The notes beneath the pieces are model-generated. The model ran no database searches. It was not told where the DNA came from and worked only from the letters and a program-made list of their open reading frames with translations. A stretch of DNA of 64,000 nucleotides from a bacterium (GTDB lineage: Bacteria > Bdellovibrionota_C > UBA2361 > RFPC01): NCBI GenBank assembly GCA_009926305.1, contig RFPC01000003.1:17992-81991 (forward strand). The letters run 5' to 3'. Positions 8,784-18,377 of the stretch are shown piece after piece. Each line of letters starts with the position of its first letter. Positions within the stretch are counted from its first letter, which is position 1. The position numbers were made by a program, and so were the translations under genes.

Positions 8784-9772
8784 AATATAAATTATGTTGT
8801 CTCATAATGGCATCTTTAATGCTCTGGGGATGTATTGCTCCAGGAGAGTTGATACGTCCAGAGCTTCCATCTTTATCTTACAGTCGAAATATTCATTCAG
8901 GTAATCAAGATGGTAGTTCAAGCTCTACGACACAGACTGCGGTCGTTGCAGAGAGTGCTCAGAGAGTTAGCTCTCGTGCAGAGGCGGCAATTCAAGGAGC
9001 CAAAAGAAGTCTTCGTATAGCTGATGTAAATGATGCACGCGCATCTGTGCACTTTGTGAATACTCAAAATGGAGCGGTGCCGGGGGAAAGTGAGATGGTC
9101 TCCAATATGGATGCTTCGATGCAGGCTGCACCCTCCTATACCGTTACACATTCAAGAAATAGTAATGTTCGGCCATATCAGGGACCTCTTCATGTTGGAG
9201 AACCAGGTGCGAGCTCGTCACTTTGGAGGATGCATGGGCCTGGAAGCCAGCTGTTTCGTGATCACAGAGCATTTCAACCGATGGACCTTATTACGGTGGT
9301 TGTTTCCGAAACTGCACAAGGTTCTAAAGAAGCTGATACTGAAACAAAGCGAGAGTCTTCATTTCTGGCTGGAATAACCGAGTTATTTAACTTTACTGAT
9401 TCAGTCGTAGCAGCAAATCCAGGACTCGATACTGCAACTATGATTGATGCAGATTTTCAGTCTGAGTTTACGGGAGAAGGGGAAACTACACGTAAGGGAA
9501 GCTTACAAGCTCGAATTGCTGCTATGGTGGTTGAAGTTCTCCCGAATGGTCTGATGAGAATAGAGGGCGAAAAGATTATAGCAGTAAATAATGAAGAGCA
9601 GGTGCTCGTTATCTCTGGACTTGTTCGTCCAAGAGATGTGAATTCGAGCAATGAAGTCATGTCCACAAAAATCGCTCATCTGCGTGTTGACTATTACGGT
9701 CAAGGGCTTATTGGAGATGTACAGTATGTCGGGTGGTTTGGAAGGCTCATTAATAAAATCTGGCCATTCTAA
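8780..9772 (+). CDS. flgH: flagellar L-ring lipoprotein FlgH
   Basis: Lipobox LMLWGC and the FlgH motifs MDLITVVVSETAQGSK and LVISGLVRPRDV. Confidence 0.85.
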   Translation: MKYKLCCLIMASLMLWGCIAPGELIRPELPSLSYSRNIHSGNQDGSSSSTTQTAVVAESAQRVSSRAEAAIQGAKRSLRIADVNDARASVHFVNTQNGAVPGESEMVSNMDASMQAAPSYTVTHSRNSNVRPYQGPLHVGEPGASSSLWRMHGPGSQLFRDHRAFQPMDLITVVVSETAQGSKEADTETKRESSFLAGITELFNFTDSVVAANPGLDTATMIDADFQSEFTGEGETTRKGSLQARIAAMVVEVLPNGLMRIEGEKIIAVNNEEQVLVISGLVRPRDVNSSNEVMSTKIAHLRVDYYGQGLIGDVQYVGWFGRLINKIWPF

Positions 9773-9783
9773 AGTGAGTTGAT

Positions 9784-10899
9784 ATGAAGGAATTAACGAA
9801 AAATATTATATCGCATCTAGCACTGGTTTTCCTCGTATTAGGAATGAGCACCCCTGTAATGGCTGCTCGAGTGAAAGATATTGCTGACGTTGAGGGAGTT
9901 CGGGGTAACCAACTATACGGTTATGGAATCGTTATTGGATTAAACGGAACTGGCGACGGTATCATGGTAAACTTTACCACAAAGACGATTTCCAACCTCT
10001 TAGAGCGAGAGGGATTAAGCGTTGACGCACAGGGTCTGATGCTTCGCAATGTAGCCAGTGTCATGGTTACTGCGACTCTTCCAGCATTTGCTCGTCCTGG
10101 TAGCCGACTTGACGTTACGATCTCCTCTGTCGGGGATGCAAAAAGTCTTCAGGGCGGCACGTTGCTGATGACCCCCCTGAAGGGAGCAGATGGTAATGTT
10201 TATGCCGCTGCACAAGGAGCTGTAACCGTCGGTGGATATTCGATTGAGGCAGGCGGTGATGCAGCCATAAAAAACCATCCTACGGTAGGAAACATTTCCC
10301 TAGGAGCAACGGTAGAGCGCTCGATCCCATTTGATTTATTCCAGAGTCAGCGTATCCGAGTTGTTCTTCGTTCCGCCGATTTTACCACGATGACCCGGTT
10401 AGTAGATCGAATTAATAGCGAACTGGGTCGGCCTATTGCAGTAGCAGTTGATAGTGCGAGCGTAGAGATACCACTGATTGATGAGTATCGAGTGGATCCT
10501 ATTGGATTCGTGGCAAAGATAGAACAGTTGGCTATTGATACTGACATTCCAGCAAGAGTGGTGATTAATGAGAAGACGGGGACAATAGTCATGGGAGAAA
10601 GTGTGACAGTAAGTACGGTAGCCTTAGCCCATGGGAATTTAAGTATTGCTATTCGCGCTGAGAATCAGGTGTCCCAGCCAGGAGCGCTTGCTGAAGCTGG
10701 TGAAACTGAAGTGGTGACAAATACAGATATAACAGTGGGAGAAGAACAATCTGGATTGAGTATAGTAGGAGGAGAGGTCACGTTAGGGGAATTAGTGAAT
10801 GCCCTCAATTCATTAGGGGCTACGCCTAGAGACCTGATCTCGATTTTTACGGCTCTACAGCGCTCTGGGGCATTAAGGGCCGATCTTGTGATTATGTAA
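9784..10899 (+). CDS. flgI: flagellar P-ring protein FlgI
   Basis: Signal peptide, then VRGNQLYGYGIVIGLNGTGD and a C-terminal LNSLGATPRDLISIF. Confidence 0.9.
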   Translation: MKELTKNIISHLALVFLVLGMSTPVMAARVKDIADVEGVRGNQLYGYGIVIGLNGTGDGIMVNFTTKTISNLLEREGLSVDAQGLMLRNVASVMVTATLPAFARPGSRLDVTISSVGDAKSLQGGTLLMTPLKGADGNVYAAAQGAVTVGGYSIEAGGDAAIKNHPTVGNISLGATVERSIPFDLFQSQRIRVVLRSADFTTMTRLVDRINSELGRPIAVAVDSASVEIPLIDEYRVDPIGFVAKIEQLAIDTDIPARVVINEKTGTIVMGESVTVSTVALAHGNLSIAIRAENQVSQPGALAEAGETEVVTNTDITVGEEQSGLSIVGGEVTLGELVNALNSLGATPRDLISIFTALQRSGALRADLVIM

Positions 10900-10927
10900 T
10901 CTGTGGTCGTGGCAAAGAGGAGTAAAC

Positions 10928-11272
10928 ATGTCAGATAGTAAAATTGGATTGAATACGAACCTTCTTGGTAGCGTTGCTGATAGGGCTCAGTGGCAGAATA
11001 CAGAGGCTAAGGTCAAAAATGCCAAGAATCTTGGGGCTACCCAAAGTGAGGCTCAAGAGGCAGCTGCACAGTTTGAATCAATTCTGGTGGGACAGATGCT
11101 GAAATCCATGTGGAACTCGGTACCAAATAATGGTTTATTATCAGGTAGTTCTGAAGAAAGGCTTTACCAGGAGCTCCTCCAAGAGCAGATAGCAAGCGAT
11201 ATTGCGAGTGGAGACGGGCTAGGAATCAAAAATATGGTGTTAGAGGAATTGAGAAAGCGGGGGGGCGAGTGA
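10928..11272 (+). CDS. flgJ: FlgJ N-terminal (rod-binding) domain protein, no muramidase domain
   Basis: AAQFESILVGQMLKSMW is the rod-binding/FlgJ_N signature. Its 114-aa length fits single-domain FlgJ of non-enteric bacteria. Confidence 0.6.
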   Translation: MSDSKIGLNTNLLGSVADRAQWQNTEAKVKNAKNLGATQSEAQEAAAQFESILVGQMLKSMWNSVPNNGLLSGSSEERLYQELLQEQIASDIASGDGLGIKNMVLEELRKRGGE

Positions 11273-11377
11273 GTCGTTTCCTAGGTATCCCGCATCTTAA
11301 TCTTAAGGACTCCAACTCGTATTGCATAAGAATACAGAGGTAAGGTCCTAGGAAGGTGTACCCTCAAGGATGGGAAT

Positions 11378-11719
11378 ATGAAGATTGGCAAAAGTGGCTT
11401 AGCAGCAGACACACTGACTGATGTAACGCGTCGAGTAGAAAAAGAGGCGAATAAAGGCGAGTTATCAGACCGACTACAAGGTGGATATCCTAGCAAAGAC
11501 TCTCGCGTTGATGTTTCACTCAGTAGATTGATACAAGATGAGTTGGGAGCCGATCAGATTGAAGCAGAGCGTCAGGCACGTGTTGAAGCGTTAAAGAGCC
11601 AGGTGCAGTCAGGACAGTATAGACCATCTTCAGAGGCAGTAGCGCAGGCATTCGTTCGAGAGGTAGGCGCAGAGCTTCTTTATGCTCAATCACGATCTTC
11701 TGGCAACGAAGATGAGTAG
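11378..11719 (+). CDS. flgM: anti-sigma-28 factor FlgM
   Basis: The C-terminal half VDVSLSRLIQDELGADQIEAERQARVEALKSQVQSGQYRPSSEAVAQAF fits the FlgM family. 113 aa. Confidence 0.7.
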   Translation: MKIGKSGLAADTLTDVTRRVEKEANKGELSDRLQGGYPSKDSRVDVSLSRLIQDELGADQIEAERQARVEALKSQVQSGQYRPSSEAVAQAFVREVGAELLYAQSRSSGNEDE

Positions 11720-11808
11720 TCTGCTTGCAATTCAACCGAGATAGTTTTGGTAACTAGGATTTTTCAAGGCGAGCTAAAATAGAATATTAGAATTCGGAAT
11801 CGCTTTTT

Positions 11809-12321
11809 ATGTCTACAAACAAACCGATATTTGGGAACCTCGAGTCTCTACTCAAGCGTGAGATTAACACTTATGAGCGCTACTTATCGGTTATCTCTGA
11901 GCAACGTAAATGTATTACTCGTTTTCATGCTGAGAGGCTGCAAGAGCTCGATAAGAAGCGTAAGGAGCTCATAAAAATAATAGAGAAATTCCATGAAGAA
12001 CGAGTAGCTTTTCTCGCCTTTCCTGACTTCGACGGAGAGCAGAGACTCTCTGTGCTTATCAAACAGCACGGAACTCCAGAGGAACAAAAGCGCTTATTGC
12101 CACTCACAGAGAAACTTCGAGAAGTAATTGAAATAGCTCGCAATGAAACGGGCGAATTTCGTGGAGTGCAAAGCTTTGCTTTGAATGTAGTCAACGGAAC
12201 GCTCTCTATGCTCATGCGTGCTACGAAGAGTGTATCGAAACAGTACGGAAAAGAAGGTAAGCTCAATGAAAGCTATTTACCAGCTTCATCGCGTAAAGAA
12301 GGTGTAATCAAGCAAGCCTGA
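11809..12321 (+). CDS. flgN: FlgN-like flagellar export chaperone
   Basis: Helical 170-aa protein located between flgM and flgK. A weak FlgN-family resemblance supports the call. Confidence 0.5.
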   Translation: MSTNKPIFGNLESLLKREINTYERYLSVISEQRKCITRFHAERLQELDKKRKELIKIIEKFHEERVAFLAFPDFDGEQRLSVLIKQHGTPEEQKRLLPLTEKLREVIEIARNETGEFRGVQSFALNVVNGTLSMLMRATKSVSKQYGKEGKLNESYLPASSRKEGVIKQA

Positions 12322-12373
12322 GCGAACTCTTGTACTCGCTTTCCTGAAGCTGGGAAGCGTCCTCCCCTATTAG

Positions 12374-12389
12374 TGGCATCCATATTGCA
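12374..12389 (+). promoter_or_regulatory. sigma-54-type promoter (TGGCATC-N4-TTGCA) upstream of flgK
   Basis: gTGGCATCcataTTGCAc has exact GG-N10-GC spacing. It lies 44 nt upstream of the flgK ATG. Confidence 0.5.
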
Positions 12390-12432
12390 CAATTCCCTTT
12401 TGCGTTACGAGCTTTATTGCTAAAGGGCTAGA

Positions 12433-14103
12433 ATGACGAACTATAGTGCAAAAATATTCAACAATGCGGTAAGTGCTTTATCTGCTCAGCAGGCAATAAT
12501 TGCCGCGACGGCAAATAATATTGCCAATGTGAATACAGAGGGATATGCACGACGCGTTGTTGGTCTTGAGACTCGCTATGGCTCGGGTAGTTCAACAGGG
12601 AGTATTCAGATTGGAAATGGGGTTGCAGTTACGGATATTACCCGTATGGCAGACCAGTTTCTAGAGGGATTGACGCGTGAGGCTATCTCTACTTCCACAT
12701 ATTATCAAACTGAAAAAGATTTCATGGCGAGAATTCAGCCGATATTCAGTCTTACCGAGGATGTGAACTCGATAGGACCAGCAATGACCAAGTTTTTCAG
12801 TTCTTTGGAGGATTTAAGCGTAAATCCTTCAAGTATGGAGTTGCGTAGTGAAGTTCTGGAAAGGGCCCAGGATGTTGTTACTTCAATTCGCTCTGCCTAT
12901 GGAACGGTATCAGCATTACAAGCGGAGGCTGAAGAGCGGTTAACCGCAGAGATTGAATCAGTAAACTCGTTGACGGCGTCAATCGCGGAGCTAAATGGGT
13001 TTATCTCGGTGCAAGAAGCCACAGGTCAGGTAGCTGCTGATGAGCGAGACCAAAGGACGAAGCTTTTAGAGCAACTCTCAGAGAGAATATCATATCAGAT
13101 GTCTGAGCGTGCAGATGGAAGCGTGACCTTGACGCTTAATAATGGCTTCCCACTTGTTAATGGAATGGAGAGTCGCGCTTTAGAATTAACAGCAGCTCCA
13201 AGCTTTTCCACTGGGACGTATCCTCCAAAGTTGGATGGTACGAATATGAAGTTTATTGTTTTTGACTATGACGCAAGCAGTAGCTCCTCTGCTCACCTTA
13301 ACTTGACAGACGAGTTTGCAGGTGGCCAGGGTGCCGTTGGGGCTTTGCTTGCAATGCGAGGTTCAGCCAGTATTTCGGATACGAATCCATTTCAAGCAAC
13401 CGGAACTCTTCCAGAGCTAGCAGGGCGCATCGAGGCTATCGCCCGAGATCTCATGACTCGCTTTAATGAGACATATCGAGGGCCTGAAGCAACCGCGAAT
13501 CCAACTGCTAATTTTGATCCATCTGCTGTTGATCTCAACGGGAATAATCCAGGGCTTTTTGGGTTTTTTAACGCAGGTGCCATTACGATATCCGACAGTG
13601 ATGCCGATGGAATTCCTGATAATGCGGACCTCAATGCAGCTGTCGCAGCGGGCTCTTTGATTAGCTTTGCTGCAGAGCTTACTCTTGCGATTACTGCTCC
13701 TGAAGAGATTGCTGCAGGAAGAGACGCCGTGAATGGAAGTACAATTTCTGGCGGAAATGCGCAAAACCTTATTGCAAGCGATGGACTCCTTGCCTTAAAA
13801 ACGGCCACTGCGACCTTCTCATCTGACTCTTCTAATACGTTCCAACGCTCCAATGTAACCTATGATCAGCTCTATAATGAGACAGTAGGACGTGCAGGTC
13901 ACTTACATGCTCGTGCTGCTACAAACGCACAAGTTTCAGCTGATAACAAGTTGTCGGCTGAAACGAAGAGAGATCAAATATCTGGCGTGAGTCTGGATGA
14001 AGAATTTACAAACCTGGTGAAGTTTCAAAAGGCATTTGAGGCAAATGCCCGAGTGCTACGCTCGGCCCAGGATATACTCGACACGATAATAGGACTTGTA
14101 TGA
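12433..14103 (+). CDS. flgK: flagellar hook-associated protein 1 FlgK
   Basis: N-terminal ALSAQQAIIAATANNIANVNTEGYARR and a C-terminal LVKFQKAFEANARVLRSAQDILDTIIGLV. Confidence 0.85.
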   Translation: MTNYSAKIFNNAVSALSAQQAIIAATANNIANVNTEGYARRVVGLETRYGSGSSTGSIQIGNGVAVTDITRMADQFLEGLTREAISTSTYYQTEKDFMARIQPIFSLTEDVNSIGPAMTKFFSSLEDLSVNPSSMELRSEVLERAQDVVTSIRSAYGTVSALQAEAEERLTAEIESVNSLTASIAELNGFISVQEATGQVAADERDQRTKLLEQLSERISYQMSERADGSVTLTLNNGFPLVNGMESRALELTAAPSFSTGTYPPKLDGTNMKFIVFDYDASSSSSAHLNLTDEFAGGQGAVGALLAMRGSASISDTNPFQATGTLPELAGRIEAIARDLMTRFNETYRGPEATANPTANFDPSAVDLNGNNPGLFGFFNAGAITISDSDADGIPDNADLNAAVAAGSLISFAAELTLAITAPEEIAAGRDAVNGSTISGGNAQNLIASDGLLALKTATATFSSDSSNTFQRSNVTYDQLYNETVGRAGHLHARAATNAQVSADNKLSAETKRDQISGVSLDEEFTNLVKFQKAFEANARVLRSAQDILDTIIGLV

Positions 14104-15110
14104 CTAGAATTCCTGAAAATTTTATCTCAACATCACTTTTAGCAGATATGCTGAAAAATAAGGCACAAGTTGCCAAATATAGTAGCGAGCTGTCAACGGG
14201 ATATAAAGTCTCTGAGCCAGGAGACAGTAGTTATGCAAGCACTATCAGTCAGATGCGCGGGACGTTGGTTGAGATTGAGGGGCAGAAAAGCCGAGTGTCT
14301 ACTGCTACGGGATATCTTGAGAGACAAGAAGCAATTTTTGAACAGTTTAATGACATTCTGATTCGAGCGAATGAGATTGCCGCACAGGCAGCAAATGAAA
14401 CGAACTCTGAAGTTGAACGTTCACAACTTGCGCAAGAGGTTTATGAAATCCGTAATCAGGTGGTAGGTCTAGCGAACTCAACATATCTCGGTAAGTATGT
14501 TTTTGCTGGTGGTGCTGATGATACTCCAGCCTATGATACTGGATATGCCGCAAGCCAATTTACTACTCCTAGTAGTGGACAAGAGAATGCAGTGATTGCG
14601 TATAGTACTAATACCGACAGTAGTTTGGTTCGTTCAGTGCCCGTCACAAACGATTTGTCGGTACAGGTCAACGCGACAGGTCCAGCGATATTTGATGATG
14701 CAATCCGTGGTCTGACACAGTTAGGAAGAGCGCTCTCGGGCTTTAAGACCGAATGGACGAGCACGAATCCACCAGTGCCAAACAATACCACGAGTGTCGC
14801 ATATACATTTCCCACCGAGTATACTCAGCAGACCCAAGATATTCAGACTGCGATGGACTTGATCGAGCGTGCACGTGAGCAGGATGTAATACCAGCTCAA
14901 ACAGCAGTTGCAGGAAGAATGCGACGGCTTCAGGCCGCGAGCTCCCTTCTCGAACTCAGTGAGGCTTCAGCCAAAGGAGTTTTATCAAACTTACAAGAGG
15001 CGGATGTTATAGAGTCAGCCACTCGATTATCCGAGGCCCAGACCGCTCTCAATGCCTCGCTGACTGTTACCACTCAGCTGCTCAACCAATCGATACTCGA
15101 TTATCTCTAG
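14100..15110 (+). CDS. flgL: flagellar hook-associated protein 3 FlgL
   Basis: Flagellin-like N- and C-terminal helices. ATGA overlap with flgK. Confidence 0.75.
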   Translation: MTRIPENFISTSLLADMLKNKAQVAKYSSELSTGYKVSEPGDSSYASTISQMRGTLVEIEGQKSRVSTATGYLERQEAIFEQFNDILIRANEIAAQAANETNSEVERSQLAQEVYEIRNQVVGLANSTYLGKYVFAGGADDTPAYDTGYAASQFTTPSSGQENAVIAYSTNTDSSLVRSVPVTNDLSVQVNATGPAIFDDAIRGLTQLGRALSGFKTEWTSTNPPVPNNTTSVAYTFPTEYTQQTQDIQTAMDLIERAREQDVIPAQTAVAGRMRRLQAASSLLELSEASAKGVLSNLQEADVIESATRLSEAQTALNASLTVTTQLLNQSILDYL

Positions 15111-15112
15111 CA

Positions 15113-15562
15113 TTAGAGAGAGATGTTCCAAGTTGAGGGAGTTGTAACTTCAAGGCTATTTCCAGCAGGGTCTCGAAAATAGAGTGAATAACCGCCCGAA
15201 GGCCACGCCTGTTCCTTTTCAATCTTCACTCCTGCTTCCCCGAGATGTTTTCGCCAAAGCTCGAGCTCGTCCTCAGCTATTGCAAATGCAAGATGGGTAT
15301 TGCTCTTTGTGCCATGGCTGGGAAGGGTTCCCATTGTGGAACTCGTTACCGATGCATTAAAAAGCAATAACATGCCCTTGCCGCATCGAAGAAACAGATG
15401 TCTTTCTGGCTTATGTGAATGAATCTGGAGTCCCAGCACCTGAGTATAAAAGTCCTCAGCCAGTTGCAGATTATCAACATAAAGGCAGGTTTCTATGATG
15501 GCGAGTGGTTTCATAAGTGCAATGTAGTCTTCGGTGGCTTTTCTGACCAGCTGAATAGGCAA
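15113..15562 (-). CDS. VOC-family (glyoxalase/bleomycin-resistance/dioxygenase) protein
   Basis: ETCLYVDNLQLAEDFYTQVLGLQ plus a second beta-alpha-beta-beta-beta half. Convergent with flgL. Confidence 0.65.
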   Translation of the reverse strand: MPIQLVRKATEDYIALMKPLAIIETCLYVDNLQLAEDFYTQVLGLQIHSHKPERHLFLRCGKGMLLLFNASVTSSTMGTLPSHGTKSNTHLAFAIAEDELELWRKHLGEAGVKIEKEQAWPSGGYSLYFRDPAGNSLEVTTPSTWNISL

Positions 15563-15745
15563 TGTGGGGGGAATCTTTCATGCGAACGACGTTCTATCCT
15601 TGGACTATTCGATCAGGGATATTTTTTTCAAAAAAAGGTAAAACTTCTTCGTAGTTAAGCATCTTAAACTGTGAGAATGTACATAGAGTTATCTGGGTTC
15701 ATGAACGAGCAAAAGAGATTCAGATAGGCCAAGGAAGGCGAAGTT

Positions 15746-16117
15746 ATGCTGATTTTAACGCGAAAACCAGGAGAAAGTGTCTATCTTGGAGACGACGTAA
15801 AGATTACGATCGTGGAAATAAAAGGGCACCAAATTCGTTTGGGAATTGATGCTCCAAGAGACCTTCGAATTTACCGCGAAGAAATCTATGAACAGATTCG
15901 TGAGGAGAATAGGCAAGCTGCTGAAACGGGAGCGACAAGCCAAGGGCTTGAGGAACTTTCATCAACATGGAAGTCCAAAACGGGAGGAGAGAGGAAGACG
16001 GGCAAGCTGTCTGCTTCAGTTCCAAAGTCAAAGGGAGATCGGGATGATCAAGGCTCATCCAAATCTTCGCTAGATAAGTCGGATATAGTGGTGAGGCGTA
16101 AAAAACGGTCTGAGTGA
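15746..16117 (+). CDS. csrA: carbon storage regulator CsrA with ~50-aa basic/Ser-rich C-terminal extension
   Basis: MLILTRKPGESVYLGDDVKITIVEIKGHQIRLGIDAPRDLRIYREEIYEQI is a canonical CsrA core. The total length is 123 aa, against the usual 61-75. Confidence 0.9.
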   Translation: MLILTRKPGESVYLGDDVKITIVEIKGHQIRLGIDAPRDLRIYREEIYEQIREENRQAAETGATSQGLEELSSTWKSKTGGERKTGKLSASVPKSKGDRDDQGSSKSSLDKSDIVVRRKKRSE

Positions 16118-16635
16118 TGAGTGAAGAGCAGTCTGACAAGCCAACTATCATGGTAAAGAGTTCGAGATTCGGCGACCTATCCGTTCCTGCGGACTCTGTT
16201 ATTGAGCTACCTTCCGGACTCATCGGTTTCTCCAAAACTCAGCGATTCGTTATGCTTGAGCACAAACCACCGTTTTCTTGGCTGCAGTCAGTGGATGAAC
16301 CTGAACTTGCGTTTGTGATTGTGGATGGCGGTGAATTTGGTGAAGAGTACCGCATTGACGCGCCTTATGGGGATAAAGATATCGATTTGCTTGAGAGCGA
16401 TGACTTCGCCGTCTTGGTCATTGTAACCGTGAGGCCTGATCCAAAAGACACAACAGCGAATTTGAAGGCTCCGGTATTTGTGAACTTGCGGAATAGAAAG
16501 GGAGTACAAATCATTTTTGATAATCCAGCGTTCTCAACGCGCTTTCCCTTATGGGTTCAGGAAAATGCTTCAGAGAACGATGGCTCGTCAGAAGAAGAAC
16601 CCCAAGAAACCAAATCCTCTTCAGACGATGAGTAA
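16114..16635 (+). CDS. fliW: flagellar assembly factor FliW (CsrA antagonist) with acidic C-terminal tail
   Basis: The N-terminal LSVPADSVIELPSGLIGF...RFVML matches the FliW fold. ATGA overlap with csrA. Confidence 0.85.
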   Translation: MMSEEQSDKPTIMVKSSRFGDLSVPADSVIELPSGLIGFSKTQRFVMLEHKPPFSWLQSVDEPELAFVIVDGGEFGEEYRIDAPYGDKDIDLLESDDFAVLVIVTVRPDPKDTTANLKAPVFVNLRNRKGVQIIFDNPAFSTRFPLWVQENASENDGSSEEEPQETKSSSDDE

Positions 16636-16759
16636 GAGGTCTGTAGACTCTGTCGATACATTCGTGACGGTATCTCTCCTTTAGCCCAGCTGATACTTTC
16701 TATCAGAATACAGAGATGGCAATTATATGAACTGGATGGTGAATGGGCTCACTAGCCTA

Positions 16760-17662
16760 TCACCCCAAAAACATGCCGCCATCCTCGAATTGCTCAAGGG
16801 TGTCTTCTCTGATTTTTCGAATGAAGTCTTCTGAGTTCCCTGAAAATTGCAGGAACGCCAGACATCGCTTGATATTTGATTGCTGCTCTCCATAGCCTTG
16901 GGGAGATCCAATACCTGCGTCATGAACGATTGAATCAGCCAAAGAGACAATAGCAATTTTCTCCTCGATTGAATTACTGGCAGTTGATGCGGTAAAGTTA
17001 TCAGTATAGTGGAGAATTACCTGGCAAATCTCAGGAGAAAAGTTCCATTTCTTTGCAACCAGAGCGCCTATAAGCGGGTGAGAAAACCCCAAAACAGATT
17101 CTTCCGCTTTTACGTAAGTTCCTCCCTGTTCTTTTATCGTAAGAATAACTTTTTGAAACCGCTGATATGTATCTTCCTGAGCAAGAAGTACGATCTGTCC
17201 TAGCGAGTGTAGTAATCCTAATAAGAATATTTCCTCTACGAATGGTTTCTGTAGTTTTTTTGCAATCAGAGTAGCAGCAAACGCAGTGGCAATAGAATTT
17301 TCCCAGACCTGTTTTTCAGCTGTACCAAATCTTTTGTTTATTTGTCGCAGCGTAGCGGCGACAATGATTCCCTTAAGCGCTTTAAAGCCAATAACCATTA
17401 CTGCTTGATTGAGCGTTGTAATGTCTCTTTGTCTTGAAAACATAGCTGAGTTGGCAATTTTGAGCACCCGGGCTGCGAGGGCAGCATCTTTCGAGAGAGC
17501 GCTTGTTAGCCTTTCTGCTGTTGATTCAGGATCTTCTATGATTTGCAACACCTGTGCTGCCACTTGTGGAATAGGCGGCAGATCTCCCACCCATGCAACA
17601 ATTTCTCGCCAATTACATTCTTCAGAGATACGACCATGAAATTCTCTTGGAGGTGCATCCAT
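16760..17662 (-). CDS. HDOD-domain signalling protein
   Basis: LSKDAALAARVLKIANSAMFSRQRDITTLNQAVMVIGFKALKGIIVAATL matches the HDOD signature. Confidence 0.7.
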   Translation of the reverse strand: MDAPPREFHGRISEECNWREIVAWVGDLPPIPQVAAQVLQIIEDPESTAERLTSALSKDAALAARVLKIANSAMFSRQRDITTLNQAVMVIGFKALKGIIVAATLRQINKRFGTAEKQVWENSIATAFAATLIAKKLQKPFVEEIFLLGLLHSLGQIVLLAQEDTYQRFQKVILTIKEQGGTYVKAEESVLGFSHPLIGALVAKKWNFSPEICQVILHYTDNFTASTASNSIEEKIAIVSLADSIVHDAGIGSPQGYGEQQSNIKRCLAFLQFSGNSEDFIRKIREDTLEQFEDGGMFLG

Positions 17663-18042
17663 ACCTTACTCCCGCGTGTTTCGTGTTTTTTATGTAATCT
17701 CAGTTATAGTCGAGAGTCGAACCAAAATCGATACTCAATAGAGGTTCATGCACAACTCTCGTTTTAGTCATATCCGCTCAGCAAAATTCGTAGGTCGCGA
17801 GCTATCGCGCACTGACAATTAGCCGAGAGGATCGTCTTATCACTGAGTATTGTAGTATTCCGCGCTAAGGGGATATCGGAAGATTCTCGCTATGAGTAAA
17901 GGATATTCTCAGGAGATTTGTCAGTTTGATTATTGGGTTTTAGGAAAGTTTGAACTTTTTCTTTAGCAATCCAGAGTAATAGACGAATGAATTAATATTG
18001 ATGGTGTGCAGCTATATATTTTTGGTTACGTGAGAGGAGTAA

Positions 18043-18357
18043 ATGCAGGAATTTCCAACAGAAATTAAGGGTGATAGGGGCTTCGTGAAGATAACGAGTG
18101 ATCTGGATTCTGAGCAATCTGGTGAAGCTCTTCGAAAGGCGTTTAATCAATTGTTTGAACAAGGACAAAGGACGGTAGTGCTTGATCTCAGCGACGTTCA
18201 GATAATCAATAGTTACGGCATCGGGAAGGTACTGATGTGTTACAAGCGTCTGAAAGCTGAGGATGGAGTTTTGATGGTCAAGCCGTTGGATGGCTTTGTT
18301 AAAGAGACATTTGAACTTCTGATGCTTGATAAGCTACTTCCGGTCGACGAGAGCTAA
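18043..18357 (+). CDS. STAS-domain anti-sigma-factor antagonist (RsbV/SpoIIAA-like)
   Basis: 104 aa with VVLDLSDVQIINSYGIGKVLM, typical of STAS antagonists. Confidence 0.75.
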   Translation: MQEFPTEIKGDRGFVKITSDLDSEQSGEALRKAFNQLFEQGQRTVVLDLSDVQIINSYGIGKVLMCYKRLKAEDGVLMVKPLDGFVKETFELLMLDKLLPVDES

Positions 18358-18377
18358 GCGAATATCAGGCATGAGTC

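Noticed and set aside
11290-11345. Possible sigma-28 (FliA) promoter upstream of flgM (TAAG-N16-GCATAAGA)
   Set aside because: Only 5/8 match to the GCCGATAA -10 element, and the -35 is TAAG rather than TAAA. It is too weak to call by eye.
13392-13853. Antisense ORFs (153 aa and 115 aa) inside flgK; similar antisense ORFs occur inside the flgF-leader gene (5375..5869), the SNF2 gene, MurJ and other long genes
   Set aside because: They lie entirely within well-supported flagellar or helicase coding sequences on the opposite strand and have no recognisable motifs. They are typical shadow ORFs.
17690-17740. tRNA-like GGTTCGACTC motif on the minus strand in the HDOD / STAS intergenic region
   Set aside because: No acceptor stem, anticodon arm or D-arm could be folded around it, and there is no 3' CCA context. 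The T-loop-like heptamer is isolated.
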